Assembly: GCA_019248165.1 (NCBI GenBank)
Contig: JAEHHB010000001.1
Coordinates: forward strand, 1-42,641
Source of the DNA: Candidatus Shapirobacteria bacterium S2_F12
Lineage (GTDB): Bacteria > Patescibacteriota > Microgenomatia > UBA12405
DNA: 42,641 nucleotides
Reading direction: 5' to 3'
The notes below the pieces were generated by a model. That model saw only the letters and a list, made by a program, of their open reading frames with translations. It had not been told where the DNA came from and searched no databases. A program made the position numbers and the translations under genes. This document shows positions 18,611 through 28,683 of the stretch, piece by piece. Within the stretch, counting starts at the first letter, position 1; each line of letters starts with the position of its first letter.

Positions 18611-19528
18611 ATGATTGAAACTAATAAGTTTAATATCAAAACAGTCAAATCTACCGATAAATATGGTAAATTTGAACTAAGTCCTCTAGTTGGTGGTTTT
18701 GGTCATACTCTCGGCAACAGTCTTCGTCGAGTTTTGTTAATCACTATTCCTGGTGCTGCCATCACTCGAATCAAAATTGACGGTGCTAACCATTTATTTA
18801 CAACTCTTCCTGGAGTAAAAGAAGATTTGGTCGATATTTCTTTGAACCTCAAAAAAGTTAAATTTAACTATTCAAAAGAAGAACCAATAGTTTTAAAACT
18901 TGACAAAAAAGGACCAGGCGTTGTTACTGCTGGAGATATTATTGACAATGATTTGTGTAAAGTATCAAACCCAGACCAACATATTGCTACCTTGTCTGAT
19001 TCTAAGTCTAGCCTAAAAATAGATTTAACAATCGAAAGGGGCGTAGGTTACACAATGGCAAAAGAGCAAAAAACCGATGTCGTTGGAGAGATTATTCTCG
19101 ATGCCACTTTTACTCCAGTTATAAAAACTAATTATACAGTCGAGCCAACCCGCTTAGGTAAAAAATCTAATTACGACAAGTTAACCCTAGAAATTTGGAC
19201 CGACGGTTCAATTGACCCTCTTTATGCTTTAAAAATGGCCGCCAAAGACCTAATTAATGCTTTTGGTCAAATTGCCGACCCCAAGGAATTCGAAGATGAA
19301 ATCGTAACCATAAATACTTCAATCTCTTCTCAGGGAAGTGATATCTCAGTCGAAGAAATTGAACTACCACTTAGAGTAACTAATGCACTTAAGAAAGCTG
19401 GTTATCCTACTGTTGAAGCACTAATTAAAGCCGGTCGATCTGATGTTAGCCGGGCTAAAAATGTCGGCGAAAAATCACTCAAAGTTATTGATGCTTGGCT
19501 CAAGGAGCGTAATTTTTCTTGGAAATAA
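18611..19528 (+). CDS. rpoA: DNA-directed RNA polymerase subunit alpha
   Basis: GKFELSPLVGGFGHTLGNSLRRVLL. C-terminal domain IEELELPLRVTNALKKAG. AAAGGAG SD at 18598-18604 precedes the ATG at 18611. The ORF-track start at 18578 is rejected. Confidence 0.95.
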   Translation: MIETNKFNIKTVKSTDKYGKFELSPLVGGFGHTLGNSLRRVLLITIPGAAITRIKIDGANHLFTTLPGVKEDLVDISLNLKKVKFNYSKEEPIVLKLDKKGPGVVTAGDIIDNDLCKVSNPDQHIATLSDSKSSLKIDLTIERGVGYTMAKEQKTDVVGEIILDATFTPVIKTNYTVEPTRLGKKSNYDKLTLEIWTDGSIDPLYALKMAAKDLINAFGQIADPKEFEDEIVTINTSISSQGSDISVEEIELPLRVTNALKKAGYPTVEALIKAGRSDVSRAKNVGEKSLKVIDAWLKERNFSWK

Positions 19529-19529
19529 T

Positions 19530-20030
19530 ATGAAACATCGTATTTTTGGAAAAAAACTAGGACGTAACCACAACGAACGTAAAGCTTTGTTTAATTCTTT
19601 AACCAAAGCCATGTTTATAAGTGGGTCTATCAATACCACCCAGGCCAGGGCTACCGCAATTGTGTCTACTGTTGAGTCGTTATCAAATACTATTATCACC
19701 AAACCAGATCTGGTTGCCAGAAGAGAGCTTTTTAGAGTTCTTCAAAATCAAACTTGGGTAAACAATGTTTTTAAAAAATTTAAAGAAACATTTGCCGACC
19801 AAACTAGTAATTTTACGAAAATTACTAAAGTAAAACGACGCTTTGGCGATGATGCCCTGATAGTCAAATTAAGCTTTGTCAAGCCAATTAAATTTGAAAT
19901 TACCAAAGAAGTAAAAATAGATCCTAAAAAAACTGACAAAAAGGAATCAAAAACCACAAAAGAAACTAAAAAAAAATTACTTACTAAAAAAATCCTGAGC
20001 AAAACCGAAGGAAAAAAGGAGACTAAATAA
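19530..20030 (+). CDS. rplQ: 50S ribosomal protein L17 with a Lys/Thr/Glu-rich C-terminal tail
   Basis: MKHRIFGKKLGRNHNERKALFNSL is the canonical start. The tail is KIDPKKTDKKESKTTKETKKK. The ORF-track start at 19443 overlaps rpoA. Confidence 0.93.
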   Translation: MKHRIFGKKLGRNHNERKALFNSLTKAMFISGSINTTQARATAIVSTVESLSNTIITKPDLVARRELFRVLQNQTWVNNVFKKFKETFADQTSNFTKITKVKRRFGDDALIVKLSFVKPIKFEITKEVKIDPKKTDKKESKTTKETKKKLLTKKILSKTEGKKETK

Positions 20031-20446
20031 TGAAAACTACTGTCTTAAAAGGAAACCAAGTTGAAAGATATTGGCACCTAATTGATCTTTCTGGTCAAAC
20101 CTTAGGTCGTGTTTGTACCCAAATAGCTACCATTCTTATGGGAAAAGACAAACCCACCTTTTCTTATCATCGTGATGACGGTGATTATGTGGTTGCAATC
20201 AACGCTGAGAATATCAAGGTCACTGGTAAAAAATTAAAAGAAAAAATTTATTATCATCATACTCACTGGTCTGGTGGCTTAAAAGAATTAACTTTAGCCG
20301 AAATGCTCAAAAAAGACCCCCGAAAAGTTATCTCACATGGTGTCTATGGTATGTTACCAAAGAACAAACTTCGAGACATTCGAATGACTCGATTAAAGGT
20401 TTTTGTCGGGATTGACCATCCTTATACTGATAAAATTAAAAAATAA
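20030..20446 (+). CDS. rplM: 50S ribosomal protein L13
   Basis: RYWHLIDLSGQTLGRVCTQIATILMGKDKPTFSYHRDDGDYVV..NAE. ATGA overlap with rplQ. Confidence 0.96.
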   Translation: MKTTVLKGNQVERYWHLIDLSGQTLGRVCTQIATILMGKDKPTFSYHRDDGDYVVAINAENIKVTGKKLKEKIYYHHTHWSGGLKELTLAEMLKKDPRKVISHGVYGMLPKNKLRDIRMTRLKVFVGIDHPYTDKIKK

Positions 20447-20448
20447 TT

Positions 20449-20859
20449 ATGACTAAAAATAATTCAAAAAATTCATATATCCGCTCCCTTGGTCGCCGAA
20501 AAAGTGCCATCGCTACTATTAAATTATTTTCTGGGAAAGGGGATTCTCAGGTTAACAAAACTGATTTAATAAAATATTTTCCCACAAAAACAGAAAAAAT
20601 TATTTACGAAAAACCATTTGAAATTACCAAAACACTGGGTAAGCACTATTATCTAGCCAAAATAGTTGGTGGTGGAAAAACCGGACAGGTCCAAGCTCTT
20701 AGTTTGGCTATTTCTCGAGCCTTAATAAAAATAAACGAATCTTTTAAACCAGACCTCCGAGCCGCAGGTTTGTTAACTGTCGACTCTCGAGTCAAAGAAC
20801 GCCGAATGGTTGGTACTGGTGGTAAGTCACGACGCCAAAAGCAATCTCCAAAGCGATAA
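20449..20859 (+). CDS. rpsI: 30S ribosomal protein S9
   Basis: GRRKSAIATIKL..G.G...VGGGKTGQVQALSLAISRAL...LTVDSRVKERRMVGTGGKSRRQKQSPKR. Confidence 0.96.
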   Translation: MTKNNSKNSYIRSLGRRKSAIATIKLFSGKGDSQVNKTDLIKYFPTKTEKIIYEKPFEITKTLGKHYYLAKIVGGGKTGQVQALSLAISRALIKINESFKPDLRAAGLLTVDSRVKERRMVGTGGKSRRQKQSPKR

Positions 20860-20913
20860 TTTATAGCTATTTACTATTAGCTACTGGCTAATTTACTAGG
20901 CTATAATTAATCC

Positions 20914-21642
20914 ATGACTTTTATCCAATCAATTATACTAAGCATAGTCCAGGCTATTACTGAATTTTTACCAGTCTCTTCGGATGGACACCTTAATTTA
21001 TTTCAACATTTATTCAAACTAACCCCCTCCCTCGATTTTGATATTTTTTTACACACTGCCACTTTTTTATCAGTCATTTTTTTCTTTCGACATCAGACCA
21101 AATATTTTTTTGCAAATTTAAAATATATTGTTGTTGGTTCTATTCCAGCTGCAATCGTTGGTATTTTGTTAAAAGATCAAATTGAGTCTATCGCTAGTTC
21201 GCCTTACTTATTACCATATTTTTTCCTATTTACTGGAATTATGGTTTTATCTACTAAATTTATTACTACAAAAGATAAACCGTTAAACTTTTTTTCTGCT
21301 TTTATAATCGGAGTTTTCCAGGCGCTCGCAATATTGCCAGCCATATCTCGATCTGGCGGTACTATTTTTTCTGCTTTATTATTAGGTTTATCACCCCAAA
21401 ACGCTTTTAATTTTTCTTTTAGTTTATTTATTCCAGCTAGTCTAGGAGCAATTATCCTTAGTCTAAAAGATATTATATCTTCCGATTTTCTTACCCTAAA
21501 CAACCTAATTTCTTTTGTAATGGCTTCTATTATTGGTTATTTTGTTTTAAATATTTTTCAAAAAATCACCATCAATAAAAAATTTTGGGTTTTTGGTATT
21601 TACGTAATTATTCTAGCCCTTGTTCTGTTTGTTGTTTTCTAA
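20914..21642 (+). CDS. uppP: Undecaprenyl-diphosphate phosphatase (BacA/UppP)
   Basis: ITEFLPVSSDGHL signature and PAISRSGGT motif. Polytopic membrane protein, 242 aa. Confidence 0.9.
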   Translation: MTFIQSIILSIVQAITEFLPVSSDGHLNLFQHLFKLTPSLDFDIFLHTATFLSVIFFFRHQTKYFFANLKYIVVGSIPAAIVGILLKDQIESIASSPYLLPYFFLFTGIMVLSTKFITTKDKPLNFFSAFIIGVFQALAILPAISRSGGTIFSALLLGLSPQNAFNFSFSLFIPASLGAIILSLKDIISSDFLTLNNLISFVMASIIGYFVLNIFQKITINKKFWVFGIYVIILALVLFVVF

Positions 21643-21798
21643 TTAACACTCACCACAGCGGCCACTTAGTTTATTCAAAATAAGTTTTTTAAAATTTTTT
21701 TTAGCAGATCTTATTGTTTTAACAGAATTGCTTACCTTTCCTACTTCGACCACTTCTAGCTCAATTTGGTATTTTTTTTCTTCGATATTAGTTTTCAT
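21643..21798 (-). CDS. Hypothetical small protein (51 aa, C-terminal CGEC)
   Basis: Open frame missed by the ORF track: MKTNIEEKKYQIELEVVEVGKVSNSVKTIRSAKKNFKKLILNKLSGRCGEC. Lies 35 nt downstream of, and co-directional with, the exonuclease gene. No obvious SD and no recognisable family. Confidence 0.25.
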   Translation of the reverse strand: MKTNIEEKKYQIELEVVEVGKVSNSVKTIRSAKKNFKKLILNKLSGRCGEC

Positions 21799-21833
21799 GT
21801 ATTGCTATTTACTACTTACTATTTACTAATTTT

Positions 21834-22805
21834 CTATACTTCTCCACTCATAAACTCTTTCCAAATTAAATATAGTTGGTTTGTTGAATAGGCGTCTCTG
21901 GCTACATAGTCAGCAATTTTTTGATAGTCTTTTTTATCAAAAAGTTCGTTTACATCACCCCCGTGCACTCCGGCTTCTTTGGGGTTGTCGATACCAAATG
22001 CTTTACAGAGCATTTCTAGTTTAAACCCGTGTGATTGTCTGATTTTGTTTTGCAAATCAACAAATTTGTCTCCGCCCCATTTTTTGATTTCAAAGGGAAC
22101 TTTTACTCGGTTAACTCCTGACCTGATTTGTAAGTAAGGAAAATCAAAAGTATCTCCATTGTAGGTTACAAAAAGTTCATAATCTTTAGCAATTTCCCAA
22201 AATCCGACTAATAAATCTTTTTCAGTTTTAAAAATTTTATAAGTATAGTTTTCTTTTTCTGGTTTAAGCTCGTTATCTCCAAGTAAGAGTACTATTCCTT
22301 TTTTATTGTTTGGATCAAACGCTCCAATAGCGCACACCATCCCAAAAATAGAATAAAGCCCAGTCTTTTTCTTGGCAACCTCTTTGTCGCTTTCACCCTT
22401 TTCCAAATTATTTAGTAAATAATCCTGTTCAACTTTATCAAGTTCTTCAAATTTTTTCCCAACAGTTTCGATGTCAAAAACCATAGTTTTTACTAATGCC
22501 TTATAACTCTCAACATCTTCGTTTTCAACTATTTGGCAACTGTCGACAATTAGGCTAATTTGGTTATTATATTCCTGGGTTTTACCATTAACTTCGATTA
22601 TTTTCCCAACCTCAACCTTGCAAGCGGGTAGACTGTTATTCCAGATTTTGGCATCGATTTTTCCTTCTGGTCTAGTCAGCTCAAGTTGATAATATTCATC
22701 ACCCTTACTCGTTTTTTTAATTTCCTTTTTGGTAACCAAAAAATGTTCATCTCGAACAACATCATTAGGACCGTATTTTATAGTCATCAGAGAATTATAA
22801 AACAT
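21834..22805 (-). CDS. OB-fold nucleic-acid-binding domain fused to a PolB-type (DEDDy) 3'-5' exonuclease domain (RNase H-like fold, COG3298-like)
   Basis: N-terminus FLVTKKEIKKTSKGDEYYQLELTRPEGKIDAKIWN...IIEVNGKTQEYNN resembles an OB fold of the YhaM/anticodon-binding type. Exo I VFDIETVG, Exo II TYNGDTFDFPYL, Exo III DYVARDAYSTNQLY. Confidence 0.65.
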   Translation of the reverse strand: MFYNSLMTIKYGPNDVVRDEHFLVTKKEIKKTSKGDEYYQLELTRPEGKIDAKIWNNSLPACKVEVGKIIEVNGKTQEYNNQISLIVDSCQIVENEDVESYKALVKTMVFDIETVGKKFEELDKVEQDYLLNNLEKGESDKEVAKKKTGLYSIFGMVCAIGAFDPNNKKGIVLLLGDNELKPEKENYTYKIFKTEKDLLVGFWEIAKDYELFVTYNGDTFDFPYLQIRSGVNRVKVPFEIKKWGGDKFVDLQNKIRQSHGFKLEMLCKAFGIDNPKEAGVHGGDVNELFDKKDYQKIADYVARDAYSTNQLYLIWKEFMSGEV

Positions 22806-22929
22806 TTTTACTAACTATATCCAATTAATTTATTTCTAAATATTAAAAATATAAAAAATATAAAATACTATTGAGTTTATTGATATTAACACTAGTTTTT
22901 AAGAGAATATTTAGCTATGATTAAATATC

Positions 22930-25900
22930 ATGGTATGGTTGTTTTTTAATAAAATAAAATTAGTTTTTACCTTCACTAAAACAGTACTTTACTGCATATT
23001 TATATTTAATATTTTTTATTTTTTCCGCTCTCCAGTGTTTGCTGCCACGTATTATTGGAACCAAGCGGATTGGGCTGGAGGTGAAGATACTACTAACTAC
23101 CCCAATCATTCAAATAACCAGTCCAATTGGACAAAATATTTTTCTAAAGATGTTGGAATTAGTGTCGGCTCTGGAGTCGTCACTCTACTCTCGACCACAG
23201 CTGTTGTCACCCACAGTTCTTCATCAGATTTTACTTCAGGAACTACTAATAGTACTAGTATCAATGGTTCAGGCCAAATTCAGCTTTCAATGAACTCTGG
23301 AAACGTAAGTCTGGATGGTGGTGGGGCCCATACTTGTGCTACTACTTCAGACGGTAACGCCTTTTGTTGGGGAAACAACGCGTCTGGTCAATTAGGTATT
23401 AATTCAACCACTCAATCACTTGTTCCAGCGCAAGTGAAAGGTATTGGTGGTGTTAGTACTCTAAGCGATGTTAAACAAATTTCAGCAGGAACAAGCCATA
23501 CTTGTGCCGTAAAAAATGATGGCACGGTTTGGTGTTGGGGATTAAATACGGAGGGAAGATTGGGGAACGGCAACAATACCCAGCAATTATCACCTGTACA
23601 AGTAAAAGGTCTGGGTAATACTGGGGTTTTGACTAATATTTTAAAAGTTTCTGCTGGCGACACCCACACCTGTGCTATTAGTAACAGTGGCTATGCCTAT
23701 TGTTGGGGTTCAGGAAATTGGGGGCAGCTTGGAAATAATCAACAGTCAAACTCTACTTATCCTGTTGCAGTTAGCAATTTAACCAATCTTGTCGATATTT
23801 CTACAAGCGAAAATTTCAGTTGTGCTGTAAAAAGCGATGGGATTGGTTGGTGTTGGGGTCTAGGACAATGGGGACAAATTGGAAATGGTATTTTAGCTGA
23901 TGCAAACATTATTCCTAAACAAGTAAGTGTCGTTACTAATTTTGAAAAAATCGTTACTGGATCTCATTATCACAGTTGTGGCCTGACTACTGACAAAAAA
24001 ATATATTGTTGGGGTTATGGTGAGTATGGCAATCTTGGTAGTGGTAGTTTTCTAGGTGCACAAGCAACTCCTGTTCAAGTAACAGGAATCACAGATGCTG
24101 AAGATGTTAGTGCAGGCTACTATCATAGCTGTGCCACGAGAACTAACGGTAGCGTTGTTTGTTGGGGTGGTAGCGACGATGGTCAGCTCGGAGATGGTAC
24201 TAATATTCATAGAATTAGCACTTTTGTCACCGTAAGTAATATTTCTACTGGCAGTATAGTAACTAATGGCGCTTATCAAAGTTGTGCTCTAAAGACTGAT
24301 GGTTCGGTAGTTTGTTGGGGTAATAATGGCAGTGGACGTTTAGGTAATAATAGTACTACCAATACTAATATTCCTGTAAATACGCTTAACAACACTGGTG
24401 ATGCCCAACTTTTTTTAACTGGCTTTGCTAGTCAAGGGACTTTTGTTTCACCTGTTATAAATTTAACCAAAGAAGGTGGATTATTTTATTTAGCGTTAGG
24501 TACAACTAAACCCTCTGGAACAACAATTAAGCTTGAATTTAAAACAGCTGCCTCAGAAATAGGCTTGTCCTCAGCAAGTTGGTTTGGCCCGAGCGGAATG
24601 AATACTTATTTTACTAACGATTCTTATAGCCCAGATCCAACCCTTGGTCTTTTACAATATGTTCAGTATCGTGCAACATTAGAAACGACAAATTCATTGG
24701 CCACCCCGTCACTCGGTTTAGTTCAATTTAAATATCAATCATTTAGTGATTCTGGTTTTTTAATTTCTTCTCCATACGACTCAGAAACTAATGAAAATTT
24801 AATATCTAATATTACCTGGTTAAAAAGTACTCCTACCGATACATCGGTTAAATTTCAGATTCGTACTTCTGCTGAAATGTCGGGTTTAGTGGCACAAGAC
24901 TGGATCGGGCCTGATGGCACTTCATCGACTTATTTTACAAATAATTTAGGGACGGTTACGCCTAATATCTTAAAAGACCAGTCTGCTGATAGGTGGGTTC
25001 AATACAAAACAATACTAGAAACCACTAATAATAGTTTTTCTCCAATTCTGTACGATGCCTCTATTACTTATGTGGTCAACGCTCCTCCTCAGTTTGACTC
25101 AACGTATCAAACGGATGGATTTGGCATCACTCGAGCCGCCACTCCTGGAATACTAAATTTTCTCTATAAAGTTCGTGATATTGACACTGATCAGGGGTCT
25201 GAAGGAAATCAATACAAATTATGGCCGTCTTTTCAGTACAGTATTGATAATGGTGTAAACTGGAACACTATTACACCAGATCAACTGACTGGATATACCA
25301 CAAACAATCCGATCACCTTATCTGATAATTCAACTTATTTTGAGGCGGCCACTGTTTGGGATGCTTCATCTGTTTTACCTGACACGTTTACAACTATGAA
25401 AATTAGGGTTATTGTCGACGACCACGAAGCCGCCAATAATACCACCGCCGTTACTTCCGATGCTTTTTATTTTGATACTAAACAGCCGACAATAAATACT
25501 GTAGAAGGCGGGGGAACGGGAATTAATATTAATCACAATCAACTCACCTCTTTAAATACAGATAAAACTAATAATAGTGGAGTTACACTTTATTTTTCCG
25601 CAACCGACGACTCTAATCTTTTAGTTCGTTATTCTACTAATTCTTCTTTTACGGGGGCTAATTATCAAGATTATGTTGCTTCGGTTGGGTTCACACTTCC
25701 AGTAGGTGATGGTGTCAAAACTGTTTATGCCCAATTTAAGGATATATATGGCAACGAGTCGAATGTCTATTCAGACACAATTCAACTGGATACCACCCCA
25801 CCAAGCAACCCCTCTTCAATATTATCCAAAGATATTTCAAATGAGGAAAATAATGAATATCGGATTTTTATTAATTGGCCAATTAGTATTGATCCTGACT

Positions 25901-28683
25901 GGATTGGTTATAAAATTTACAGGTTTGATGGTAGCGTCTTTGTTTTGGATCAAACAATTAACAATGTCAACACTAATTATTTAGTAAAAGATTCTTTAGC
26001 CAATCAAACAGAATATACTTACAAGGTAAGTAACTTTGACGATTTAAACAATGAATCTGTCGGTACTACCGTTATTCAAGTTACTGGTAGTACCCCTAGT
26101 GATACAACTTCTCCAATTATTAGTGGTATTAGTACTAATAATGTTGATGAAAACTCCGCCACCATCTCCTGGTCTACCAACGAAACAGCCACCACCACCG
26201 TCTTGTATTCCTTAACCAATGATAACTTTGAAACAACTAAAGGTGTCGATGGTTATAGTCTAAGCCATAGTGTTACTTTATCTGGTCTATCTCCGTCTAC
26301 AAATTATTTTTACAAACTTCGCTCAGTTGACGCTGCTGGAAACATAACCGAAACTACTGTAAGTTCATTTACTACCTTATCTGTCGATAATTCCGGCCCA
26401 ACCATTTCCACAGTTAATAATTCTAATATTACTCCTACCGGGGTCACTATTAGTTTTGCTACCAATGAGCTATCCAGTTCTTTTATTGAATATTCTACTC
26501 AATCAGGTTTTACCCAGGGTAATATTTTTGGACAAGCTGATTTAGTCACATCTCATACTGTCATTCTTAGGTCACTATCTCCTTCAACTACTTATTATTA
26601 CAAAATTAGATCAGCTGATTCTTTATCAAACGAGACCATTTCTACCCAGTATTCTTTTACCACATTAGCTGACCCATCAGATGTCACCAGTCCAACTATT
26701 TCTGGAGTTTCCGTCTCTGACATAACTTATTATTCCGCAACTATTAGTTTTACCACCGACGAAACTGCCTCTTCATTTGTAGAGTATGGTTTGACTGATA
26801 GTTACGGTAGTATCTACGGAAACAACACAGACACTACCACTCACACTATCAATCTTCCGGATAGTCTTTCTCACCAATCAACTTATTATTATCGCGTTCG
26901 AGTCAAAGATGCTGCCAACAATGAAACTATTGGTGTTGGCTATACTTTTATCACAGCTTCTAATCCAGCCGACATCACTCCACCAGTAATCTCCAATATC
27001 GATGTTGGTTTACCTTTACAAAATTCAGTTACTATTACTTGGGAAACTAACGAGCTATCAACTTCTTACATTGGATTTTCTACTGATTCTAGTTATTCAT
27101 CTGAACAAGGCAGTTCTTCTTTGACCACCAATCATTCCGTTACCTTAATTGGATTAAGCCCAGGAACTTCTTATCTATTGAGAATTAAATCAGCCGATTC
27201 TTCAGGAAATACGACCATTAATGATAATAGCGGTTCTGGTTACAATTTTATTACCCAAAGTGGTCACGCCCCTCCAGTCATCTCATCAATTGTTACTAAT
27301 AATGTTGCCACCAATTCCGCTAGAGTTAAATGGAACACTGACACTTCTGCCAATTCTTTTGTTGAATATTGGCTAAATGAAGATTCAGTTAATTGGTTTG
27401 GAAACAACACCCTTACTCAATCGCACGAAGTTACTCTTCCAAATCTCTTGTCTCAATCAACTTATCACTATCGGGTTCGATCAAAAGATTCCTCAGAGGC
27501 TGAATCAGTTTCTGCTTCTGGTACTTTTACGACACTCAATATTGGTGCAACCACAACGGAAGATTCAGACGATTTAAGGGACGAAGATTCAATCCTTGAT
27601 AGAATTAAAAACGGCACGGTTGAGTTTGTAAAAAAAGTAATAGACATCCTGCCTAGTACTTCAATCTCAGAAGACGATTTCATTGATAAAATGAATTCTA
27701 TGTCTCCAAAAATTGTTTCTTCTCCTTCAATTTCCTCAAATAATATAACTGTTGACCCGGGTGTTGACAGTATTACTGTTACCTGGACTACTGATAAAAA
27801 ATCTAATTCAATAGTTGCTTATGCTCCAGAAGATCAATACGATTCCAAAAAAGACAACCCTTATATGACTCTTGTCGGAAACCCTGATGAGTGGGTTACT
27901 AATCACTCAGTTACCATCAAAAATCTAAACCCAAATACTGTTTATCATTATGAAGTTAGGTCAAAATCCGAATATGGAAACTGGGCTGATAGCGATGATT
28001 TCACTTTTACTACTCTTTCAATTAACTCCGAAGTTAAAGATTTTCGTTTTACCGAATTAGGACAAAAGTCTGTTAGCGCCAACTGGTCTACTACTTTCGA
28101 ATCCCGCGCCATGGTCGAAGTTATTGATATCGAGAGTGGCAAAACCCTTACTAAATTTGAAGAAAAAGGTTTTAATCGTAACCACGAATTCGCGACTGAT
28201 CTACTACAAGCATCAAATAATTATCAATTAAAAGTTATAACAGTAGCCAAAGATGGTACTCTTTCTAAAGAATCTTTTTTTCCTTTCTCTACCACAACAA
28301 GTTCTGGGCCACCCATTATAAGTAATGTTCGTGTATCCAATGCGTTAATCTCAGGTTCTATTGAACAAGTCCAAACCATAATTTCTTGGAAAACAGACAA
28401 ACCATCTACTTCTAGAATTTTATATAATGAGGGGATGTCTGATGATTTATCTCAGTCTAGTAATCTTGATAAATCTTATGTTGTCGACCATATAGTAGTT
28501 ACTACCAACTTTAAACCAGGTAAGGTTTATAAATTTAAAGTTGAGAGCACTGATTCTAGCGGCAATAAATCTCTTTCTAAGGACTTTTTAATCATGACAC
28601 CGAAAACTCAAGAGTCAGTCATTAACCTTATTATTGACAATTTTATGGAGTCTTTTTCATTTGTTACAAAAGGAAAGAAATGA
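22930..28683 (+). CDS. Giant secreted/cell-surface protein: signal peptide, 7-blade RCC1-like beta-propeller, two beta-sandwich modules, about 9 fibronectin type III-like modules
   Basis: 1917 aa uninterrupted ORF. Hydrophobic N-terminus ending VFA-AT. Seven repeats of the type HTCA..DG...CWG.N..GQLG (about 23302-24397). Paired W.GP.G....YFT...YVQY+..LET modules. From about 25795 to about 28600, repeated modules of the type TSPxISxv....sATIsWtTdE.sss.veY....HsvtL.gLsPsT.YyY+v+S.D..GN. Confidence 0.85.
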   Translation: MVWLFFNKIKLVFTFTKTVLYCIFIFNIFYFFRSPVFAATYYWNQADWAGGEDTTNYPNHSNNQSNWTKYFSKDVGISVGSGVVTLLSTTAVVTHSSSSDFTSGTTNSTSINGSGQIQLSMNSGNVSLDGGGAHTCATTSDGNAFCWGNNASGQLGINSTTQSLVPAQVKGIGGVSTLSDVKQISAGTSHTCAVKNDGTVWCWGLNTEGRLGNGNNTQQLSPVQVKGLGNTGVLTNILKVSAGDTHTCAISNSGYAYCWGSGNWGQLGNNQQSNSTYPVAVSNLTNLVDISTSENFSCAVKSDGIGWCWGLGQWGQIGNGILADANIIPKQVSVVTNFEKIVTGSHYHSCGLTTDKKIYCWGYGEYGNLGSGSFLGAQATPVQVTGITDAEDVSAGYYHSCATRTNGSVVCWGGSDDGQLGDGTNIHRISTFVTVSNISTGSIVTNGAYQSCALKTDGSVVCWGNNGSGRLGNNSTTNTNIPVNTLNNTGDAQLFLTGFASQGTFVSPVINLTKEGGLFYLALGTTKPSGTTIKLEFKTAASEIGLSSASWFGPSGMNTYFTNDSYSPDPTLGLLQYVQYRATLETTNSLATPSLGLVQFKYQSFSDSGFLISSPYDSETNENLISNITWLKSTPTDTSVKFQIRTSAEMSGLVAQDWIGPDGTSSTYFTNNLGTVTPNILKDQSADRWVQYKTILETTNNSFSPILYDASITYVVNAPPQFDSTYQTDGFGITRAATPGILNFLYKVRDIDTDQGSEGNQYKLWPSFQYSIDNGVNWNTITPDQLTGYTTNNPITLSDNSTYFEAATVWDASSVLPDTFTTMKIRVIVDDHEAANNTTAVTSDAFYFDTKQPTINTVEGGGTGININHNQLTSLNTDKTNNSGVTLYFSATDDSNLLVRYSTNSSFTGANYQDYVASVGFTLPVGDGVKTVYAQFKDIYGNESNVYSDTIQLDTTPPSNPSSILSKDISNEENNEYRIFINWPISIDPDWIGYKIYRFDGSVFVLDQTINNVNTNYLVKDSLANQTEYTYKVSNFDDLNNESVGTTVIQVTGSTPSDTTSPIISGISTNNVDENSATISWSTNETATTTVLYSLTNDNFETTKGVDGYSLSHSVTLSGLSPSTNYFYKLRSVDAAGNITETTVSSFTTLSVDNSGPTISTVNNSNITPTGVTISFATNELSSSFIEYSTQSGFTQGNIFGQADLVTSHTVILRSLSPSTTYYYKIRSADSLSNETISTQYSFTTLADPSDVTSPTISGVSVSDITYYSATISFTTDETASSFVEYGLTDSYGSIYGNNTDTTTHTINLPDSLSHQSTYYYRVRVKDAANNETIGVGYTFITASNPADITPPVISNIDVGLPLQNSVTITWETNELSTSYIGFSTDSSYSSEQGSSSLTTNHSVTLIGLSPGTSYLLRIKSADSSGNTTINDNSGSGYNFITQSGHAPPVISSIVTNNVATNSARVKWNTDTSANSFVEYWLNEDSVNWFGNNTLTQSHEVTLPNLLSQSTYHYRVRSKDSSEAESVSASGTFTTLNIGATTTEDSDDLRDEDSILDRIKNGTVEFVKKVIDILPSTSISEDDFIDKMNSMSPKIVSSPSISSNNITVDPGVDSITVTWTTDKKSNSIVAYAPEDQYDSKKDNPYMTLVGNPDEWVTNHSVTIKNLNPNTVYHYEVRSKSEYGNWADSDDFTFTTLSINSEVKDFRFTELGQKSVSANWSTTFESRAMVEVIDIESGKTLTKFEEKGFNRNHEFATDLLQASNNYQLKVITVAKDGTLSKESFFPFSTTTSSGPPIISNVRVSNALISGSIEQVQTIISWKTDKPSTSRILYNEGMSDDLSQSSNLDKSYVVDHIVVTTNFKPGKVYKFKVESTDSSGNKSLSKDFLIMTPKTQESVINLIIDNFMESFSFVTKGKK

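Noticed and set aside
22917-22949. 10-codon upstream ORF overlapping the start of the giant gene
   Set aside because: It has no SD, is out of frame, is very short, and lies in AT-rich sequence. There is not enough evidence for a leader peptide.
27884-27890. A second CUGAUGA heptamer, considered as a possible additional hammerhead core
   Set aside because: It has no downstream stem II/GAAA arrangement and no complementary stems. It lies inside the giant coding sequence and is a chance occurrence.
28680-28683. Possibility of an alternative genetic code (UGA recoded, as in some CPR-related lineages)
   Set aside because: TGA terminates well-defined ORFs exactly at family-typical ends (the giant gene and nadE). 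Conserved genes contain no in-frame TGA. The standard bacterial code fits.
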